Shown: positions 18,587-31,000, counted from the first letter of the stretch. The stretch: 64,000 nucleotides of DNA from Deltaproteobacteria bacterium CG11_big_fil_rev_8_21_14_0_20_42_23 (GCA_002796345.1 PCXC01000081.1:27314-91313), one strand, 5' to 3'. Numbers and translations: made by a program. Notes: generated by a model not told the origin, from the letters alone.

Positions 18587-19785
18587 CCTTCCCCCAAAGT
18601 TTTTATAAAACTCCTTACCGTAAAAATACTGGCAAGCCCATTGAAAAGAAATGTAGTTAAAACAATCGTCACCAAAACCGAACCCAATTCACTTGGATAG
18701 AGAGAATAAAAATCTAGTGCAATGGCAATAGCCACTCCTCCTTGTGTAATCAGCGCAGCTCCAAAACGAGCGGGATAATCTAAACGCACATTGGCTAATG
18801 AAAGTGCGGATTTTCCTCCCACTACTTTTCCCAAATACCTGCTGAAAAAAACAAGAAGCGAAAAGAGAACTAAAGGAAGTTGCGGAATCCAAATGGAGCC
18901 ACTGATGATAAGCAGTAAACCATAAAGAGGTTTTTCAGAAAGAGCTAAACTTCTGTATATTTTGTCACTTTGGAGATTGAGATTTGTAAGTGTCAATCCA
19001 GCAACAGTTCCACAAAAAAGTGCCGACAGCTTAAGTAAAGTGGATATGCCTGCAAGCAAAACAACCAGCGCTACCATCATGGCGAGTCTTTCGTTTTCAG
19101 AAAGCCGCAATGCGAAAAGCACATGAAACAAAAAACCTAAGACCGCACCCAAAAACAAAGAAGTAAGAAACCATTGCCATCCAGAAATATAAGCATCACC
19201 TACAAATTGATTAAAGTGCAAAAGAGAAACAACAAGCCCAAACAAAAGCACTGCAGGAATAGAATCAATTGTAGAAACATATCGAAGCATGCGCGAAACA
19301 CGACCATGAGCTTTAAACTTTCGCGAAATAGAATCTACCACTTTTGGTGTGGAACATGAAGAAGCCACGCCAATGGAAAGCGACAGCAGCAAGCATTGCA
19401 TAAGCGAAAGTTTTGGTGTCATGAACGAATAGCTTGAAAAGAAAAAGAACACAGACACTACCAAAAAAGTAATAATGTTTTGGGTGATGGCAATGACGTA
19501 ATTGCTAGGAGCTAAAATTTTAATATCAGAAAATCTTAGTTGCAATCCTAGTAAAAGCCCAACGCAACTGAGAAGAATGTGAATCAAAACATCAAAATCA
19601 TTTAATACGCTGATGGAAAGAATATTCGCCACTTGTGGCCCAAAGAAAAAACCCAAGAGAACAAATTCGAGACCATAAATGAAAAAAAGATAAGATTCAA
19701 TTTTGAATCGGCGAATGCGAAATGCCCTCTCGGAAAGAAGGTAAGAAAGAAGAACAAGACTAAGGCAGAAGACAATAAATTTCAT
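18583..19785 (-). CDS. cation:proton antiporter family membrane protein (paralogue)
   Basis: Polytopic membrane protein with similar topology to the downstream gene; the two overlap by 4 nt (operon). Confidence 0.5.
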   Translation of the reverse strand: MKFIVFCLSLVLLSYLLSERAFRIRRFKIESYLFFIYGLEFVLLGFFFGPQVANILSISVLNDFDVLIHILLSCVGLLLGLQLRFSDIKILAPSNYVIAITQNIITFLVVSVFFFFSSYSFMTPKLSLMQCLLLSLSIGVASSCSTPKVVDSISRKFKAHGRVSRMLRYVSTIDSIPAVLLFGLVVSLLHFNQFVGDAYISGWQWFLTSLFLGAVLGFLFHVLFALRLSENERLAMMVALVVLLAGISTLLKLSALFCGTVAGLTLTNLNLQSDKIYRSLALSEKPLYGLLLIISGSIWIPQLPLVLFSLLVFFSRYLGKVVGGKSALSLANVRLDYPARFGAALITQGGVAIAIALDFYSLYPSELGSVLVTIVLTTFLFNGLASIFTVRSFIKTLGEG

Positions 19786-19803
19786 AAGGGAGAAACAATA
19801 TGT

Positions 19804-20160
19804 TTACTGCGTCTTCAGAAATGCGCCTGAAACCGTATTGACGGGAACGGTAAAAAGGAAACCATTCCCCTTTTCACTGAGTCCACCGCACGTTTCTTCA
19901 ATAAGCTTCACTGCTTCTGGGACCTGTTCTTCGGTGACCACAGAAAGAACAACATTACTTCCAATATTTCCACCGGGCAAAAGGCCTTTGAGTCCTGCAA
20001 AAATGGGAACATCCGCAGAGAGAATTTGCCCCATTCCCCTACTGTCAATAACAGTCGCACCCTTGATGCCAAGTTCCATAAAGCCAGCTAAGATATCATC
20101 GAGGTAACGCGATTGTTTGATGATAACAACGAGGAGCTCTAACTTTTGCACACCGCTCAT
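19804..20160 (-). CDS. P-II-like signal transduction protein
   Basis: 118 aa. It alignes to GlnB-type PII on the beta-alpha-beta core (GIKGATVIDSRGMGQ vs GITGMTVTEVKGFGRQ) and on the B-loop-like GNGFLFTVPV vs GDGKIFV. Confidence 0.5.
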   Translation of the reverse strand: MSGVQKLELLVVIIKQSRYLDDILAGFMELGIKGATVIDSRGMGQILSADVPIFAGLKGLLPGGNIGSNVVLSVVTEEQVPEAVKLIEETCGGLSEKGNGFLFTVPVNTVSGAFLKTQ

Positions 20161-20245
20161 AATCTTCTCCGCTTAAATAAGGAAGTGCATACAAAGCAGA
20201 AAAAAACTTAAGAATCAAGCGGCATGTTGCCAGAGAAAAAGAGGA

Positions 20246-22470
<2,225 letters not shown>

Positions 22471-22506
22471 CCTTTACGGTAAAAGTGGATTACAAAAGGC
22501 AATCAG

Positions 22507-23418
22507 CTATGCTTTTGGGTGCGTACGATCATAAACTTCGGCCAGTTTTTCAACACTTACATGAGTATACTTCTGAGTGGTTGAGAGGCTCGAGTGACCT
22601 AACATTTCCTGAATTCCTCGCATATCAGCACCAGCACCGAGCAAGTGAGTAGCAAAAGTGTGGCGTAACACGTGCGGCGTGACCACTTTTTGTATTCCTG
22701 TAACCTTAATATATTTTTGTACCATCCGCTCTACACTGCGCGCGGTAATTCTCCCGCCTCTTCTATTGATAAAAAGCGGAGCTTTTTCGCTGAGGTGAGG
22801 ATAGTAAAAAATTCGTTTTTCTTTGTAGTCATGTAAAACTAAACAGGCCTTTTCGCCCACAGGAACAATACGTTCTTTTCCGCCTTTACCTTTAATTTTG
22901 GCTTCCATGAGGGAGAGATCTAAATCGTCTGCATTTAACGATACCAACTCACTCACGCGCAAACCAGATGAATACATCAGCTCAAGCATCGCCTGGTCGC
23001 GAAGGCCTAGAAAGTCTTTTGGGTTGGGGGCTTTAAGCAATGAAAACATTTCATCGACGGTGAGAAATTTTGGTACTTTTTTTGGAATTTTTGGACTCAC
23101 CACATCTTGAGCTGGATTTACACTCATCCATTTCGACCTTACACAATAGTGAAAAAAAGTACGGAGTGAGGCAAGTTTTCTGGCAACAGAGCTAGCAGAT
23201 TTGCTGTCAAAAAGAGTGCGAATATATTCACGAACTTCTTTGCTTTCGATGGAAGCAAAAACTTTCAAACAATCATTCTTCACATCAGGATTTTTTGCAA
23301 AAAGGAAATCAAGAAATTGCCGAATATCGCCCAGATAATTTTTATGCGTATGCACCGACATGCGCCTCTCGTCACGAAGATACGAAGAAAACGCGTTGTA
23401 AACTTCTTCTGCCGTCAT
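22507..23418 (-). CDS. xerD: tyrosine site-specific recombinase, XerC/XerD type
   Basis: Box I/II catalytic region HVLRHTFATHLL...GAGADMRGIQEMLGHSSLSTTQKYTH. The start is trimmed to MTAEEV because the longer ORF overlaps the upstream gene. Confidence 0.8.
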   Translation of the reverse strand: MTAEEVYNAFSSYLRDERRMSVHTHKNYLGDIRQFLDFLFAKNPDVKNDCLKVFASIESKEVREYIRTLFDSKSASSVARKLASLRTFFHYCVRSKWMSVNPAQDVVSPKIPKKVPKFLTVDEMFSLLKAPNPKDFLGLRDQAMLELMYSSGLRVSELVSLNADDLDLSLMEAKIKGKGGKERIVPVGEKACLVLHDYKEKRIFYYPHLSEKAPLFINRRGGRITARSVERMVQKYIKVTGIQKVVTPHVLRHTFATHLLGAGADMRGIQEMLGHSSLSTTQKYTHVSVEKLAEVYDRTHPKA

Positions 23419-23539
23419 ATGCTCCCCTTTATAAAGACTGTGCTCCAAACAAGTGGCCCTCACATATTTGAGCTCACCAGACAAAGCAACCGATTTTTTC
23501 AAGGTATAGTTTTTGTTTAGATATTCTGAAAAGGTATTT

Positions 23540-26500
23540 CTATTTACGGCACACAAATCTGATGAGACCAAGCGGAAGAAAAGCAAAAAGGAGGAAAAAA
23601 GTTACAACATTGAATCGTTGTGATGCATCATCAGAAACAACAAGTGAACAGGTACCTCCCGATGACTGAGGAATGTAGAACGAATTTAATTTTGATGAAG
23701 CTTCATTTGTTTTATCAGCACTACTTCCTTGAGCTGGCTTGCTTATTACACTTCCAATTGAAGCACTGGCAGAACTTGAACTTCCCGAAGATGCTCCACA
23801 CTGCTTTATTTGGGCATCATACACATCTGGAATGTCATTATTGTTTATGTCGCTCAGTTGTTCATCTTTGTCTGGGCAGCCATCATTATCTGAATCTGCA
23901 TCAAGATAATTCGGAATAGTATCGCAATCTATGTCAGCTGCAGATTCGGGAGTACAAGCACCTTCAGTAACAAGGGAATCCAATTCAAAATCTGGATATT
24001 CATCGTGGTTAAAATCTAACCTGAGTTCCACACCATCTTCAATGCCATCATTATCGGTATCTTCACTGCTTGGATCAGAATCATCATCTTCAATCCAACC
24101 ATTTCCATTTTTATCTTCTTCCCCATCTCTAATGCCATCGCCGTCGCTGTCGGGATTCAGCGGATCCAAACGTTGTGGAAAAGCATAATTGGTGCCGCCA
24201 TCACTCAAACCATGGCAGGTGCTAGAAAAATCTCCGGAACTTTTGTAGCCCATCTCAACTCCATCCGAAAGTCCATCACCATCACTATCGCAATCATTCA
24301 ACTTCGTTCCCGCAATTTCTTCAATACCATCTGGAACGCCGTCGCCATCACTATCGGCTTCCAAACTATTTGATTCTCGTTCATCCAGTTCGTTGTTACG
24401 ATTTCTATCACCTTCATCACCATCTAAAATGTCATCGCCATCACTATCAGCTTTTAACGGATCTGTTTCACGATTTTTTTCTGTTTCGGGATGCAAAGAA
24501 ACAGCTCCATTTAAATCCCAGTCTTCCTCTCCATCGGAAAGACCGTCTCTATCTGTATCTGCAAGTGTTGGATCGGTAAGCGTTGTTGGATTTTCGTCAT
24601 ACAAAAAAGCAATATTTTCACTTTGCACAACCGTTTCACCGTCTGCATTCACATTGAATGGAATCACATTACTCATTTCAACATTCATCTTTTGAAGCTG
24701 CACAAAACATGCAGGAGAAAGGACGAGCATTTTTTTCACAGGAGCACGGCGAGCAAGAAATTCAACTTCCTCTTTCGTCACACCCAGCTCAAGCCCGTCA
24801 GGAAGGCAATCGCCGTCGCTGTCTGGATTATTAGGATCAAGCATTCTTGGATGTTGAAGCCCTCTTCCCTCTTCACTTTGAACATAAGCTTGAACATGGC
24901 CAAGCATTTTTACTTCTTCAGCATCCGTTAATCCATCACCATCTGTATCCGGATTGAGGGGATCCGTTTCTCCTTCGCCTACATCAATTTTTCCATTTCC
25001 ATTTTTATCTTCCTCATCATTGTTCAGCCCATCACCATCCGTATCAATGCTCATCCCCAGTAAAGAAACTTGGCTTAGTTCAGAGGAATGTTGATAGTAA
25101 GTACTGCTTACAATGGCACGAAGAGATTCAGGAATTTCATCACTGGAAACAGAAAGAACAAATCTTCCATTCTCAGGTGAAACCGAAACATGACCGAGAC
25201 TTTTTATCTTTTTTCCAGCATTGGAAGAGGAGAAGACTTCAACCTTTAACTCATCGGCCGAAAGGTGTCTGGATGAAAAAGGTTCAAGCGGATCAGAAGG
25301 CAACAGCACATATCCAGAAATCACCAAGGTATTGTCATTACGCTCTGCGCTCCCCACTAAACTTTTCACACCAGGAAATGGAAAATGTGAAATAATGAGA
25401 TCGTCACTTTTCTGTTGAATATCACCATTAGCTGAGAAGCCTGTCCCTGCTATCTCTACGGTTCGTATGTTTTTTATCGAAGGAGAAATATCAGCGTTGC
25501 AAAATAAACTTGGCTTTGCATTTGCCACGTATATTCCAGCTTTTTTATTGTTCGCCACATGATTCAGCACCAACTCACCTTGAATTTTTTCGGCAGAAAA
25601 TTGAACTCCATCGGCATGAACCAATACTCCACTTCCAGAATACGCTTGTGGATTTTGCTCAAAAAGAACTTGTGTTGCTTCATGCTGTGAAAGATCACCA
25701 TTTGGCTGAGCTAAGTTTTGTCTACACAGATCTTGCCGAAAGCGAAGTTGTTTACAGCTTTCATCATTTTCATCATCACAGTTCCGCGCAAAAATTTGGG
25801 CGCAATATTTTCCTTCAGCTGCAAGCATTGCGCATGCTGCAGAAGTGTGCACGCGTGAAGTCGTACACGTTTCTTCTCTCGTGCCATTATCGTGAATAGT
25901 GTTTCCACGAAGACTAATATTCTGTTTTCTTTTTTCCGCTGCACCCGCGCAATCGTACTGTTCGTCACTTTCAATCACGACGCCATTCAGTGCATTTGAA
26001 GAGATCTCATTTTGCGAAAGAAGGTGATCATTTCCCTTTACGACTATTCCATTTTTTCCATTTCGCTTTATGCTTGTACGAATCACAAGATGCTCTGCGC
26101 CAGAGAGTTCAATGGCATTAGCACGAAAAGATTGAAGACGTATTCCATCCAAAATAATCTTTTCCCCTTGAAGGAGAAAAGCCGACTGCAGTTTTTCATC
26201 TCCATCAAAAAGAATATTTTTATCGCCGGTAAAAAGAAGAAGGGGCTCGCCCAGTGTATTCTGAATGGCAGCAAGTTCATGATCTGCGGTTAATTGCATA
26301 TCGGTTTGAAACGTAATGACATGAAAACGAGTTTCACCAGGATAGTATTTATTATAGCGCTCTCGATAGATGGAGTCAGAAGAAGCACAGTCACCATCCA
26401 AGGCCTTCTCCACTTGCTCTTGCAGCCCACCACGTGTAAACACGTTAGCATTTTTCACCACGCACACGGCCGCAAAACTTTTGGCAGAAGTGCAAAAGCA

Positions 26501-26551
26501 CAAAGAGGCCACGAAGAAGATAAAAATGCTTTTCACTGAAAATGCTCTCAT
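23540..26551 (-). CDS. secreted right-handed beta-helix / thrombospondin type-3 repeat protein with MYXO-CTERM-like C-terminal sorting tail
   Basis: Signal peptide (MRAFSVKSIFIFFVASLCFC). N-terminal parallel beta-helix repeats. At least 10 Ca-binding TSP3-like DxDxDGxxDxxE repeats. The C-terminus is ..GGTCSLVVSD..VVTFFLLFAFLPLGLIRFVCRK (Cys, TM helix, basic tail). Confidence 0.7.
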   Translation of the reverse strand: MRAFSVKSIFIFFVASLCFCTSAKSFAAVCVVKNANVFTRGGLQEQVEKALDGDCASSDSIYRERYNKYYPGETRFHVITFQTDMQLTADHELAAIQNTLGEPLLLFTGDKNILFDGDEKLQSAFLLQGEKIILDGIRLQSFRANAIELSGAEHLVIRTSIKRNGKNGIVVKGNDHLLSQNEISSNALNGVVIESDEQYDCAGAAEKRKQNISLRGNTIHDNGTREETCTTSRVHTSAACAMLAAEGKYCAQIFARNCDDENDESCKQLRFRQDLCRQNLAQPNGDLSQHEATQVLFEQNPQAYSGSGVLVHADGVQFSAEKIQGELVLNHVANNKKAGIYVANAKPSLFCNADISPSIKNIRTVEIAGTGFSANGDIQQKSDDLIISHFPFPGVKSLVGSAERNDNTLVISGYVLLPSDPLEPFSSRHLSADELKVEVFSSSNAGKKIKSLGHVSVSPENGRFVLSVSSDEIPESLRAIVSSTYYQHSSELSQVSLLGMSIDTDGDGLNNDEEDKNGNGKIDVGEGETDPLNPDTDGDGLTDAEEVKMLGHVQAYVQSEEGRGLQHPRMLDPNNPDSDGDCLPDGLELGVTKEEVEFLARRAPVKKMLVLSPACFVQLQKMNVEMSNVIPFNVNADGETVVQSENIAFLYDENPTTLTDPTLADTDRDGLSDGEEDWDLNGAVSLHPETEKNRETDPLKADSDGDDILDGDEGDRNRNNELDERESNSLEADSDGDGVPDGIEEIAGTKLNDCDSDGDGLSDGVEMGYKSSGDFSSTCHGLSDGGTNYAFPQRLDPLNPDSDGDGIRDGEEDKNGNGWIEDDDSDPSSEDTDNDGIEDGVELRLDFNHDEYPDFELDSLVTEGACTPESAADIDCDTIPNYLDADSDNDGCPDKDEQLSDINNNDIPDVYDAQIKQCGASSGSSSSASASIGSVISKPAQGSSADKTNEASSKLNSFYIPQSSGGTCSLVVSDDASQRFNVVTFFLLFAFLPLGLIRFVCRK

Positions 26552-26713
26552 CCTAGTAATGTTCGTCACCTTCAGGAAAAAGTTTCGTCCTTTTTTAAGT
26601 CTTTTTCCAAGAAAAGGCACTTTTTAAACCGCTGAAATAACTCACTTTTTTTAGGCCAAAAAGGAAGCAACTTTTCGCAAGCTTGGCCGATACTGAAAAG
26701 AGAAGGAGCAAAC

Positions 26714-27334
26714 ATGCTTTCAGCAGGTGAAATTTCGATATGTGGACAACGTTATGGCGACACAAGTCTTGCCAAAGACTGTGAAGAGTACGTCAAACAA
26801 TGCCGCAAGTTTGCCAAAGATAAAGCCAAAAGCTTCGTGCTTGTGGTAAAAAATGGGCCTAAGCTTTTTTCAGCTACCGAAACATTGTGCCTTCAGCACG
26901 CACTTCTTGCACCAAGCCTGCAAAAAAAGGAAAAGCCTTTCAAAGCTGCTCCAGATGAAAAAACAAAACCAAGCCCTAAAGCTCCGGCTCCTAAAGCTAA
27001 AGACGGAAAACCCACGGCAAAGTCTTCGTCTGCAGGAAAGAAAGACGTTTTCACGTTTGATGATCTTGGCTTTACGTTCCCCGCACGTTCGCCACAAGAG
27101 TTAACCCTCGTCACAAAGAAAGATGATAAATATTTTATTTCCAAGATTACGGTTGCGATAATGCGCTCCTCTAAAGGGGAAACGAGCTACACCATTTCCT
27201 CTGAAAAGGGAGTGAAGATTGGGGAAGGACCCTTCACTCTTTCGAGAAAAAGTGAATCTTCTTTTCGCTTTGTGGTGACGAGCTCTCCAAAAAATCCTTC
27301 CGACATCCTTCATGTTGAAATCATCTCTAAGTAA
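26714..27334 (+). CDS. hypothetical protein
   Basis: 206 aa ORF with a Lys/Pro/Ala-rich linker; no recognisable motif. Confidence 0.4.
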   Translation: MLSAGEISICGQRYGDTSLAKDCEEYVKQCRKFAKDKAKSFVLVVKNGPKLFSATETLCLQHALLAPSLQKKEKPFKAAPDEKTKPSPKAPAPKAKDGKPTAKSSSAGKKDVFTFDDLGFTFPARSPQELTLVTKKDDKYFISKITVAIMRSSKGETSYTISSEKGVKIGEGPFTLSRKSESSFRFVVTSSPKNPSDILHVEIISK

Positions 27335-27461
27335 GCTTTTATCTTCTTCTTTCTTCTTTCCTTCTGGCACAAAGCACAAATTCTCACCTTGAAGTCTTTA
27401 CAAAAGTGAAATAGCGGCTATATCAAGCCTGCTTTTCTTAACTTTTGCGAAGGGTATATAC

Positions 27462-29825
27462 ATGAGCACCAAATGTCTTGTGATTGTGGAATCTCCCACA
27501 AAAGCCAAAACGATACGAAAATTTCTCCCAAAAAACTATGTCGTCGAAGCCAGCATGGGCCACATTCGCGACCTTCCCCAATCTTCAGCGGCCATTCCCG
27601 CAAAATACAAAGATGAGGCTTGGGCAAAACTTGGGGTAAATGTAGAAAATAACTTCGAGCCTTTATATGTAGTGCCCAAAGGAAAATCGAAAATCATTAC
27701 CGACCTCAAAAAGAAAATGAAAGATGCAGATGAATTGTATCTGGCAACGGACGAAGATCGCGAAGGAGAAAGCATTTCCTGGCATCTCACCGAATTGCTC
27801 AAACCAAAAATTCCAACCAAGCGCATGATTTTTCACGAGATTACAAAATCGGCTATTCAAGATGCCCTTTCACACACCCGCGCCTTGGATGAAAAATTGG
27901 TTCAAGCACAAGAGACACGCAGAATTTTGGATCGCCTTTATGGCTACACCCTTTCTCCACTTCTCTGGAAAAAAATTGCTTACGGTCTTTCGGCTGGAAG
28001 AGTGCAATCGGTAGGTCTTCGTCTTTTGGTTGAACGCGAGCGAGAACGCCGACGTTTCAAGAAAGCCATTTACTCAAGCCTAAAAGCTTTATTGCAAAAA
28101 GATAAAAAAGAATTTGAAGCAAGACTTTTAGAGTTTCAAAAAAAGAAACTTGCCATCGGAAAAGATTTCGATGCTCACACAGGCCAACTTAAAAGTGATG
28201 GAAATGTTTTTATCCTCACTGAAGAAGAAGCAAAAAAATTAAAGGACGATCTTTTCACAAAAGATTGGATTGTAAAAAGTGTAGAAGAAAAAGACGCCAC
28301 ACAAAAACCTTCTCCACCTTTTATCACTTCTACGCTTCAGCAAGAAGCAAACCGTAAACTGGGATTGTCAGCGCGCGACACCATGCGCGTAGCGCAAAAA
28401 CTCTACGAGCAAGGTCTCATTACCTATATGAGAACTGATTCTCCTCACCTTTCGGCGCAGGCTATCAACGCTGCCAGGGGGTTCGTAGAAAAACTTTATG
28501 GAAAAGAATATCTTTCGGACGAAGTAAGGCAGTTTTCAGCAAAAGCCAAAGGCGCGCAAGAAGCCCACGAAGCTATTCGCCCGGCGGGTGATAGCTTTAC
28601 GCATCCAGACGAAGCAGGCCTTACAGGAAAAGAACTTGCGCTCTACAACTTAATTTGGATGAGGACTGTTGCCAGTCAAATGGCCGAAGCAAAAAAGCGT
28701 TACATGACGGTAAAAATTGAAGTTGGTGACGCCTTGTTTTCAGCATCCGGAACACGCATCACCTTTCCAGGTTTTCTTCGCGCTTATGTAGAAGGAAGTG
28801 ACAATCCAGACGCAGCGCTTGTGGATAAAGAAGTCATTCTTCCCGAAATGAAAACTGGCGACAAGGTAAACATCAAAACCCTTGAAGTGCTCAATCACGA
28901 AACAAAACCAATTGCACGTTACACCGAAGCATCACTGGTGCAACAACTTGAAAAAGATGGCATCGGTCGCCCTTCCACCTATGCAAGTATTATCGGCACC
29001 ATTTTGGAACGTAACTACGCTCGCAAACAAGCAAACGCTCTCATTCCTACGTTCATTGGTTTTTCTGTTGTTCAAATTCTTGAAGAACATTTTGCACATC
29101 TTATTGATTATCATTTTACTTCGCACATGGAAGAAGCTCTGGATGAAATTGCAGAAGGAAAACGTGAACATCTTCCCTATCTCAAAGATTTTTATCTTGG
29201 CAGCTCAGGTTTAGAATCGGCTGTTGCAAAAAAAGAAGAAAAAATTGATGCCCAAAAAAGCAAAGAAATCTTTCTGGAAGGGTTAAAGAATGCGCAAGTG
29301 TTCGTGGGCAAATATGGCCCTTACCTTGTTTCAAAACAAGGCAAAGACGAAGTGAAAGCAACTATTCCAGAAGATGTCGCTCCAGCAGATCTTACCGATG
29401 AAATCCTTCATGAAATTATTGAAACCAGTAAACAAGGTCCGCAGTCGATTGGAAAAGATCCTCAAACTGGCGAAGCTATTTACTGCCTCATTGGGCGCTT
29501 TGGCCCTTATGTTCAACTGGGCGAAGTAAGTGATGACAATCCTAAACCGCGACGTGCAAGCATTCCAAAAGAAGTAAAAATTTCTGATGTTACGCAAGAG
29601 CAAGCGCTGAAATGGCTAAGCTTGCCCAGAACACTTGGCACACATCCCGAAACAGGTGAAACCATCATGGCCAACAACGGCCGCTTTGGACCATATGTGG
29701 TGCATCAGAAAGACTTCAGATCAATTAAAGCGCCAGACGATGTTTACACCATCACCTTAAAACGTGCGCTCGAAATTTTTTCTGAACCAAAGCAATATCG
29801 AAGACGCAAAAAAGCTGATGCATAA
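27462..29825 (+). CDS. topA: DNA topoisomerase I
   Basis: TOPRIM N-terminus (LVIVESPTKAKTI), an active-site Tyr region, and a C-terminal tail with three GK/RYGPY(V/L) repeats instead of zinc ribbons. Confidence 0.95.
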   Translation: MSTKCLVIVESPTKAKTIRKFLPKNYVVEASMGHIRDLPQSSAAIPAKYKDEAWAKLGVNVENNFEPLYVVPKGKSKIITDLKKKMKDADELYLATDEDREGESISWHLTELLKPKIPTKRMIFHEITKSAIQDALSHTRALDEKLVQAQETRRILDRLYGYTLSPLLWKKIAYGLSAGRVQSVGLRLLVERERERRRFKKAIYSSLKALLQKDKKEFEARLLEFQKKKLAIGKDFDAHTGQLKSDGNVFILTEEEAKKLKDDLFTKDWIVKSVEEKDATQKPSPPFITSTLQQEANRKLGLSARDTMRVAQKLYEQGLITYMRTDSPHLSAQAINAARGFVEKLYGKEYLSDEVRQFSAKAKGAQEAHEAIRPAGDSFTHPDEAGLTGKELALYNLIWMRTVASQMAEAKKRYMTVKIEVGDALFSASGTRITFPGFLRAYVEGSDNPDAALVDKEVILPEMKTGDKVNIKTLEVLNHETKPIARYTEASLVQQLEKDGIGRPSTYASIIGTILERNYARKQANALIPTFIGFSVVQILEEHFAHLIDYHFTSHMEEALDEIAEGKREHLPYLKDFYLGSSGLESAVAKKEEKIDAQKSKEIFLEGLKNAQVFVGKYGPYLVSKQGKDEVKATIPEDVAPADLTDEILHEIIETSKQGPQSIGKDPQTGEAIYCLIGRFGPYVQLGEVSDDNPKPRRASIPKEVKISDVTQEQALKWLSLPRTLGTHPETGETIMANNGRFGPYVVHQKDFRSIKAPDDVYTITLKRALEIFSEPKQYRRRKKADA

Positions 29826-29842
29826 TTCTCAAAACTTTTGTC

Positions 29843-29867
29843 ATTCCCGCATGATTGAAGCGGGAAT
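29843..29867. terminator. possible bidirectional terminator between convergent topA and dprA
   Basis: 8 bp stem ATTCCCGC/GCGGGAAT with a 9 nt loop; weak T-tracts on both sides. Confidence 0.4.
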
Positions 29868-29884
29868 CTCATCTGACAATTTTG

Positions 29885-30946
29885 TTATCTGCATTTAAAT
29901 AATCCGCCGGTGCATTCTTCAATTTCACCTGCGATTATTTTTTCCATCAACACTAAACTGGCCTGATGCAAGGCCAGTTTTTCTTTGACTGCAAAATCTT
30001 CCACGGTAAACAAAGACTCTAATTTGTACTTTTGTTTTTTTTCTACTTTCTGCACATCTAACTCACTTTGCCACGACAAAGCTTCGAAGACATCGTCAGC
30101 AGATTCAATAAGGACAGCACCTTCCCGAAGCAAAGCATTACTTCCTGCGCACTCTTTTTCGCCAGCCCTTCCAGGAGCAACCATCATTTCTTTGCCTTGC
30201 TGAAGTGCAAAGTCTGCAGTGATGAGGCTTCCACTTTTTTGTGCCGCCTCAATCACAATAACACCATCGGCTAAGGCACTCACAATGCGATTTCGCTGCG
30301 GGAACTGCCACGGATTGGCATCCATCTCGAGTGGAAATTCTGAAATCACAGCACCTTTGTGCGCGATCTCTTCGGCTAATTTTGCATGAGAATGCGGATA
30401 CATTTTCTTGAGGCCACTTCCCAAGACAGCAACGGTTGAAGCATCAGCAAACAAAGCTCCCTTGTGCGCCGCAATGTCAATGCCATAAGCAAGTCCACTG
30501 ATCACACATACACCACGCTCTGAAAGTTCTACAGAAAGCCGATATGTAAAATCCAAAGCCCACTTGCTGGCTCGTCTGCTGCCCACAATAGCCACACACT
30601 TCTGAGCTTGAAGAGGGAGTTTATGCTGCATCCACAAAAAAGCAGGAGGATCAAAAATATTTCGAAGCACGTGCGGATACGTTTCATCTGCATATGAAAT
30701 CAACTTAAAATCTTGTGAAATCGAATCTGCTTTGAATCGCATTTCTCTTTTTTCGATTTCAGATTTTAAAATGTTGAGTTTTTCTGTTTCCATTCGCAGT
30801 TCTTGCGCAAGTGTAGCAAGTGGAAGATTCCAGATAAGCTTGGCGTCGCCATAACGCTGAAACAAACGTTTGGTCTGCCTTGGTCTAGAATATAAGAGTG
30901 CGTGGAGACAAAGATGAGAGATACAGAAATGCCGGTGCTGATTCAT
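29885..30946 (-). CDS. dprA: DNA processing protein DprA (Smf)
   Basis: Rossmann-like DprA core (VAIVGSRRAS...GLAYGIDIAAHKGAL) with a C-terminal winged-helix-like extension. Confidence 0.85.
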   Translation of the reverse strand: MNQHRHFCISHLCLHALLYSRPRQTKRLFQRYGDAKLIWNLPLATLAQELRMETEKLNILKSEIEKREMRFKADSISQDFKLISYADETYPHVLRNIFDPPAFLWMQHKLPLQAQKCVAIVGSRRASKWALDFTYRLSVELSERGVCVISGLAYGIDIAAHKGALFADASTVAVLGSGLKKMYPHSHAKLAEEIAHKGAVISEFPLEMDANPWQFPQRNRIVSALADGVIVIEAAQKSGSLITADFALQQGKEMMVAPGRAGEKECAGSNALLREGAVLIESADDVFEALSWQSELDVQKVEKKQKYKLESLFTVEDFAVKEKLALHQASLVLMEKIIAGEIEECTGGLFKCR

Positions 30947-31000
30947 ACTACCCCTTTCAGTACCGGCACTAAAAAAGTGAATAAGAAAATGAAAAACTAC

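Noticed and set aside
22507-23586. Tyrosine recombinase as marker of an integrated mobile element or prophage
   Set aside because: The sequence is XerC/XerD-like (chromosome dimer resolution type motifs). Neighbours are housekeeping genes (argF, purA). No direct repeats, phage genes or cargo were seen. The tRNA in the window is 14 kb away.
24393-24695. Ser-rich antisense ORFs inside the TSP3-repeat gene (track ORFs 23931-24188, 24393-24695 and others)
   Set aside because: These are mirror-frame artefacts of the Asp/Gly-rich repeat codons (GAT/GGC read antisense as ATC/GCC). They have no RBS and lie entirely within a well-supported CDS.
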